From: an uncultured delta proteobacterium
Lineage (GTDB): Bacteria; Desulfobacterota; Binatia; UBA9968
DNA length: 64,000 nucleotides
Direction of reading: 5' to 3'
NCBI GenBank assembly: GCA_963804165.1
Contig: CAWDPO010000042.1
Coordinates: 85,219 to 149,218 of the forward strand
This document shows, one piece after another, positions 58,972-64,000 of the stretch. Position numbers and translations under genes: made by a program. Position 1 is the stretch's first letter, and every line of letters starts with the position of its first letter. The notes under the pieces were generated by a model, which was not told the DNA's origin, did not search any database, and saw only the letters and a program-made list of their open reading frames with translations.

Positions 58972-60885
58972 GTGATGATACCGCACCGCCGCAGTGCTAT
59001 TTCGATCCTGCTCACGGCGCTCACCGTACTGCTTTGCGCCGCGCCTCGATTGGCGCTCGCTCAGGGCGCCACGAAGGCGATCGTGCTCGCCTGGGACGGC
59101 ACGGTGCCGGCCTTTGTGCACGAGATGCTCCGTGCAGGCAAACTGCCGAATCTCGCCACGTTGATCGACGGCGGCGTCTTCGCCGACGACGTCAGGCCGG
59201 AATTTCCGTCGAAGACCGCCCCTGGATTCGCCTCCTTGATGACCGGCGCACCGCCGCGGGTGACCGGTATTAGCGGCAATCGCGTGCCGCGAGCGCCGCG
59301 AGCGCAGTTCACGATCCTCGAAAGTGTAGCGGGGTTCGACGAGGCGCCTTTGGGCGCCGAGCCGATCTGGTCCGTGGCGGAGCGTGCCGGGAAAAAGGCG
59401 GTCGTGTCACATATCCCGGCATTCGCCGGCGAGCGCTCCGAGCACGCCGTGAGATTCTCCGGTTACACACTAACTGCGGGCCGCGATGCCATCGTTACCA
59501 AACGCGCTGTGCAAAACGAGCCATCGACTGCGTGGACCGACGCGCCGTCAAGTGACGCGCCACCGATCGAAATCGCGTTCGCCGTCGGTGAAACTCGTTT
59601 CTACGGACTTTTCATCGACGATCCCGGTGACAGCCAAACCGGCTACGACACGCTGCTGATCGCGATTGGCCGCGACGCCAGGGACATCAAAGCCAAGCTC
59701 AAACCGACGCCCGCCAACGTCGGCGGAGAATTGTTTTGGAGTGACCCCATCGCGATCAAATCAACTGGCAACCAGAACGCTAGAATTTATTTTCGGCTCT
59801 TCGATCTCAAGGCCGACGGCAGCGATTTTTTTCTCTACTACACCCGGCCGGCGCGCGATCTGATCGTACCCGAGGCCGATGTCGCCGCCGGAGCTACTGT
59901 GCGTGCCTTCATCGGCAACGGCGCCAGTATTCTTTACAATCAAGGCGCATTCGGTCGAACCCTTCCGAACGGCGGCAGCGGCGGCGCCGAAGCGCGCTAT
60001 CTCGAAACCGTCGGCATGGCACAGCACCAGCTGATGGAAACCAACCGCTGGGCGATGGATCACTTGCCTTGGGATCTCTACCTCGCTTACACACCGTTTC
60101 CCGACGAGGCCGAGCATCTCTGGCGCGGCTACCTCGATCCGACTCTGCCCAACTACCGTCAAGCCATCGCCGATCAATTACGGCCGTTCTTGGAGCGAGT
60201 CTATCGAACGTCGGACGAACATCTCGGTCTGCTATTGGCCAAGCGTCCGCCAAACTCGATTTTTGCGCTGATCTCCGATCACGGCATACAAGGCATCAAC
60301 AAGCGCGTGGCACTGAATCGCGCGCTCCAGGAAGGCGGACTCTTGACCCTAGACGGCCAAGGCAGAGTCGATCTGAACAAAACTCAAGTGCTCTACCCCG
60401 CGGTCAACAACGGCTACTTGTTGATCAATACGACGGATCGAAAAAACGGTATCGTTGCGCCGGATGAACGCGCATCCGTCATCGGCAAGGCTCGCGACCT
60501 ACTCGCGTCGCTTCGCGACGGGGACCGCGCCGTAGTCAAAACCGTATACGACGCGGAGACCGAGGGGACAGCGATGGGCATCGGCGGCGAAGTCGGCGGC
60601 GACCTCTATATCGAGCTCGCGCCCGCCTATGATTTCGATCCGCGCTTGGGACCCGGTCCGCTCATCACGGAAGCGGAACCTTACGGCAACCATGGCGCCG
60701 ATCCGTCGCAATCTGCGATGCACACGCTGATGGTCCTCAACGGCCCCGGCATCCGCGTCGGTCAGAGGGTTGCCGACGCGCGCATTATCGATTTTGCCCC
60801 GACGCTCGCCTGGCTGCTCAATTTGCCTGCGCCAAAGGATGCTACCGGCCGGGTGTTATACGAAGCCTTTGACGCGCCCCGATAA
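58972..60885 (+). CDS. Alkaline-phosphatase-superfamily nucleotide pyrophosphatase/phosphodiesterase
   Basis: AWDG, PSKTAPG, DEAEH, SDHG and GNHG. Confidence 0.88.
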   Translation: MMIPHRRSAISILLTALTVLLCAAPRLALAQGATKAIVLAWDGTVPAFVHEMLRAGKLPNLATLIDGGVFADDVRPEFPSKTAPGFASLMTGAPPRVTGISGNRVPRAPRAQFTILESVAGFDEAPLGAEPIWSVAERAGKKAVVSHIPAFAGERSEHAVRFSGYTLTAGRDAIVTKRAVQNEPSTAWTDAPSSDAPPIEIAFAVGETRFYGLFIDDPGDSQTGYDTLLIAIGRDARDIKAKLKPTPANVGGELFWSDPIAIKSTGNQNARIYFRLFDLKADGSDFFLYYTRPARDLIVPEADVAAGATVRAFIGNGASILYNQGAFGRTLPNGGSGGAEARYLETVGMAQHQLMETNRWAMDHLPWDLYLAYTPFPDEAEHLWRGYLDPTLPNYRQAIADQLRPFLERVYRTSDEHLGLLLAKRPPNSIFALISDHGIQGINKRVALNRALQEGGLLTLDGQGRVDLNKTQVLYPAVNNGYLLINTTDRKNGIVAPDERASVIGKARDLLASLRDGDRAVVKTVYDAETEGTAMGIGGEVGGDLYIELAPAYDFDPRLGPGPLITEAEPYGNHGADPSQSAMHTLMVLNGPGIRVGQRVADARIIDFAPTLAWLLNLPAPKDATGRVLYEAFDAPR

Positions 60886-60945
60886 CCCGGTAATAATCCT
60901 TCGTCCCGTTCGCGGGGCGAGAACAGTTTCAAAGGAGATCCAGCC

Positions 60946-62244
60946 GTGACTGTTAAATCCCCATGGGAACCGCCAGCTGTCGTCGCGCGCGAAGACGTTA
61001 TCGAACTGCATCGTCAAGTCACCGCGATGCCGGACATACCGATCGACGTTCGCGAAGACATTTTTCGTATCCACGAATTAGACTTGGACTGGGACATCGG
61101 TGCGGTGATTTATCAACCCCATGACGCGAGCAAAATCCCGATCGGCCCGGACGGCAAGAAGGTTGGCGTGTTCCTGCTGCACGGCGGCGTGTCGGATTTC
61201 AAATCCGTCGATCGCGTCGCGCGGATGCTGGCGGCGAAGTTCGGCATCAAAGTAGCGAGCATGACCTTTCCAGGCCGATTCTACTTTTTGGACGAGAGTC
61301 GCGATTGGCCGGGCGACGTCGAAAATGGCGACGGCTCCGCTCGCACGCCGCTCTGGACGAAAGAAACGCAAATCACACCGGATCAGTACACTATTGTCCG
61401 CGATACTTCGAAGCGGGAAGATTACGGCACGCTGATCTCGCTCTCGGCAAAGGAAGGCACGGAATTTTTTTATCGCATGGCCGCCTGGCCAGCAGCTTTT
61501 GAGGCAGGGGTCAACGAAACCGCCCGGCGCCATTTCCCCGATGGTGAATTCTCGATCTACATCCACGGCCACTCTACGGGCGGCCCGTTCGCCATGATGG
61601 CGTCGCAGCGCGTGCCGAACATCGCCGGTCTGGTCGGCTACGGCAGCTCACCCTTTGGTTGGATGTATCCCATCGTCAGCGGCGACAACTGGGAGTTTCC
61701 GTTCAATCAATTGCGCCTGCGCACGTGGCGCGACACTGCGCGCTACATGTACGAAGGGATGAAAAATGAAGAGATGGGGTTACCCATGCTCATCGAGCTC
61801 ACATTCGAGCGTTGGGAGAGCGCGAAAAGGCGCCCGAATTTCAAGGCAGAGGATTTCATTCACAAGAATTCAACCCGCGCATTGGAAGCCGCGGCGCGAG
61901 TCTCGGCCGAACGTTTGAAGCTATCCAACGGCGAGACCGAGAAACTGGTGCAGCGCTATCTCGGATACACGCGCGAGCTGAGCGGTCCCGGTGCAAAGGC
62001 CGTGCCGAATTTTCTTTCGATTCACGGCCTCAACGATGATACCGTGACTCTCAAACGCTGTGAAAAATCGTTGTCGCTTTTCGCCGGCCTCGCTCCCGCG
62101 CCAACCGTAAGAAGCATCTCCCTGGGCGCGGGAATTCATTCCTGGGGCTGGACCAGCAACCAATTGCCGCAAGGTATCGTCACGCCGGTCGCCAAGCTCT
62201 GGCACGACGCGATCATGAACGGGTTTTTTATCAGGCGCGAGTAA
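60946..62244 (+). CDS. Alpha/beta-hydrolase-fold protein
   Basis: LLHGG, GHSTGG and HGLNDD. Confidence 0.8.
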   Translation: MTVKSPWEPPAVVAREDVIELHRQVTAMPDIPIDVREDIFRIHELDLDWDIGAVIYQPHDASKIPIGPDGKKVGVFLLHGGVSDFKSVDRVARMLAAKFGIKVASMTFPGRFYFLDESRDWPGDVENGDGSARTPLWTKETQITPDQYTIVRDTSKREDYGTLISLSAKEGTEFFYRMAAWPAAFEAGVNETARRHFPDGEFSIYIHGHSTGGPFAMMASQRVPNIAGLVGYGSSPFGWMYPIVSGDNWEFPFNQLRLRTWRDTARYMYEGMKNEEMGLPMLIELTFERWESAKRRPNFKAEDFIHKNSTRALEAAARVSAERLKLSNGETEKLVQRYLGYTRELSGPGAKAVPNFLSIHGLNDDTVTLKRCEKSLSLFAGLAPAPTVRSISLGAGIHSWGWTSNQLPQGIVTPVAKLWHDAIMNGFFIRRE

Positions 62245-62278
62245 GAACCAGATGACCAACAGCGTTGCACCCACGACC

Positions 62279-62343
62279 TTGAACATTAAACTTTGAACCT
62301 TGAACTGCGCGAAAGCGCAGGACGGCTTGAACGTTTTGAACGA
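62279..62343. repeat. TTGAAC short-repeat cluster with a GAAA hairpin
   Basis: Five TTGAAC hexamers and TGCGC-GAAA-GCGCA. Confidence 0.6.
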
Positions 62344-62361
62344 ATTCTCTAGGGTATTGCC

Positions 62362-62898
62362 ATGGCAGACAAGGACCATCTCCTTCTGACGGCAATCGGC
62401 CCCGATCAAGTCGGACTGGTGCAAAAGATTTCCGAATTTATTTCGCGCCACGACTGCAATATCGAAGACAGCAAGATGGCGGTTTTTTGCGGTGAGTTTG
62501 CGGTGATCGTATTGATCAGCGGCGCGGGCGAAAACCTGGTGAAGATCGGCCGCGACTATCGCGAGATCGAAACCGAGACCGGTCTCTCGATATCCATCAA
62601 GACGCCCTTGACCAGAAAAACCGCGGAATCTTTCCTGCCTTACAAGTTGACGGCCTCGTGCATGGACCATCCCGGTATCGTCCACCGAATCAGCGCGGTC
62701 CTGAGCGCGCTGGGCGTCAACATCGAATCGATGGAGACCAAAACCTATTCGGCTCCAGTCAGCGGTACGCCGATTTTTCAGCTCGAAGCCGATCTCGCGA
62801 TTCCGGTTCGGGCCAACATCAATCAGTTGCGCGAGCGCTTCGTGGAGATTCAGCGCGAAGAAAACATCGATATCGATCTCATCGCTGCGAAAAATTAA
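62362..62898 (+). CDS. gcvR: GcvR-like double ACT-domain protein
   Basis: TAIGPDQVGLV, NIEDSKM and MDHPGIVH. Confidence 0.85.
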   Translation: MADKDHLLLTAIGPDQVGLVQKISEFISRHDCNIEDSKMAVFCGEFAVIVLISGAGENLVKIGRDYREIETETGLSISIKTPLTRKTAESFLPYKLTASCMDHPGIVHRISAVLSALGVNIESMETKTYSAPVSGTPIFQLEADLAIPVRANINQLRERFVEIQREENIDIDLIAAKN

Positions 62899-62937
62899 TC
62901 ATTTCTCGGCGACTTGAAGTCGTGCCTTGTTTGGACC

Positions 62938-64000
62938 TTATGCCGTCAGTCGAACTCCGAGTCCGGGACCCGTCGGCACCCGCACGGCACCGTCGACGAC
63001 TTCCAGACCTTCGATCAGATCGCCGTCCAAAGCGCTGAACTCGGCGATTTCGGCGGGCGCCACGACATTCGTCATCGCACTGACGAAGTGGGCTTGCGCC
63101 GCATCAACTAGGCGCGAACTCGCCGTACCGCCGACGTGGCACACCAGCCCCGCCGCCTCACACACGCGCGCCGCAGCGACGCTCTCTTGCAATCCGCCAA
63201 ACTTGAGAAGCTTGATACTCACCGCATCGGCGATCTGATCGCGAGCGATTTGAAAAACGTCTCTGGCCGTCTGGACTTCCTGATCTGCCAATATGGTCGG
63301 CTCGACAGCGCGCGCCACCTCTGCCATACCCTTTAGGTCCGAGCCTTGTACCGGTTGCTCGACCATGGACAAGCCGTGCTCAACCAAGGTCGCTACTGTC
63401 TTTATGGCATTCCCCGCATCGTACTTGCCGTTAAAATCCACGGTCAGCGTCACAGCGTGTCCCACGGCGCTTCGTACGGCCTTGAAGCGTTCCAAATCAC
63501 CCGCGGGATTTGTGCCGAGCTTGACCTTCAAATTTCGATATCCTTGCCGAACATAAGTCGATGCCGTTTCCGCCATCTCCGTCGGGCTGCCGAGACTAAG
63601 CATCTTGAGCACAGGAATGTTCTCTCGAACACCGCCGCCTAGTAAAGTTGATAACGAAACGCCGAGTGCCTTGCCGAGTAAGTCGAAAAGCGCCAGTTCG
63701 ATCCCCGCTTTGTGCCGTGTGTATCCCGGCACCGCTCGATGCAACGCATTGAACAAGGAAGCGATCTGCAGCGGGTCTTTGCCGATAATAAGCTCGCTCG
63801 TTGCGGCTTTGACGGCTTCGAGGCCCGCGCCAAAGGAATCGCCGCGCAAATTCGGGATTACCGATCCCGCGCCGATCCCATTGACCCCGTCGGTGGTATG
63901 AATCGTCACATAAAACACATCGACGTAGTCGGCGCTGTAGCTAGCCGTCTGCCAGTGTCCGCGGCGTTTCAGGCGATGCGGCAAGAAAGTGATCTTGTCA
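62938..64000 (-). CDS. Mandelate racemase/muconate lactonising enzyme family, 5' end outside the window
   Basis: DLLGKALG, KVK, VDFN, EQP, ADQE and GPGLG. Confidence 0.9.
   Translation of the reverse strand, partial: DKITFLPHRLKRRGHWQTASYSADYVDVFYVTIHTTDGVNGIGAGSVIPNLRGDSFGAGLEAVKAATSELIIGKDPLQIASLFNALHRAVPGYTRHKAGIELALFDLLGKALGVSLSTLLGGGVRENIPVLKMLSLGSPTEMAETASTYVRQGYRNLKVKLGTNPAGDLERFKAVRSAVGHAVTLTVDFNGKYDAGNAIKTVATLVEHGLSMVEQPVQGSDLKGMAEVARAVEPTILADQEVQTARDVFQIARDQIADAVSIKLLKFGGLQESVAAARVCEAAGLVCHVGGTASSRLVDAAQAHFVSAMTNVVAPAEIAEFSALDGDLIEGLEVVDGAVRVPTGPGLGVRLTA

Noticed and set aside
1-64000. CRISPR array or cas genes
   Set aside because: I saw no regularly spaced repeat-spacer units and no Cas motifs.

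Overview
A bacterial chromosomal window of moderately high GC. The gene repertoire resembles Deltaproteobacteria/Ca. Binatota-type metagenome assemblies (inference only). Core genes include nuoB, a cold-shock protein, type II thrB, lplA, aceE-aceF-lpdA, a 5'-3' exonuclease, a ThDP decarboxylase, an M20 peptidase, tenA, ABC/MFS transporters and phoD. The main accessory feature is a ~15.5 kb element integrated in a tRNA-Met(CAT) gene between 50-bp att repeats (4978-5027 and 20481-20530). It looks like an unusual phage satellite. It has a tyrosine integrase with a four-CxxC insertion, a CHC2/TOPRIM/DUF3631 replication protein with an adjacent origin-like array, and a scaffold-like protein. It also has TerS and a TerL that seems to carry a second, catalytically dead nuclease domain, but I recognise no capsid, portal or tail genes. 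Other finds: an IS1202-family remnant with a 16-bp target duplication, a triplicated MLYD membrane micropeptide, an orphan integron-type GST cassette, a sigma54 promoter plus c-di-GMP-I riboswitch ahead of a repeat-rich surface protein, and a BFD-like gene with no canonical start codon. Many accessory genes have 1-2 nt frameshifts that may be assembly errors. All protein calls come from reading motifs by eye; no searches were run.
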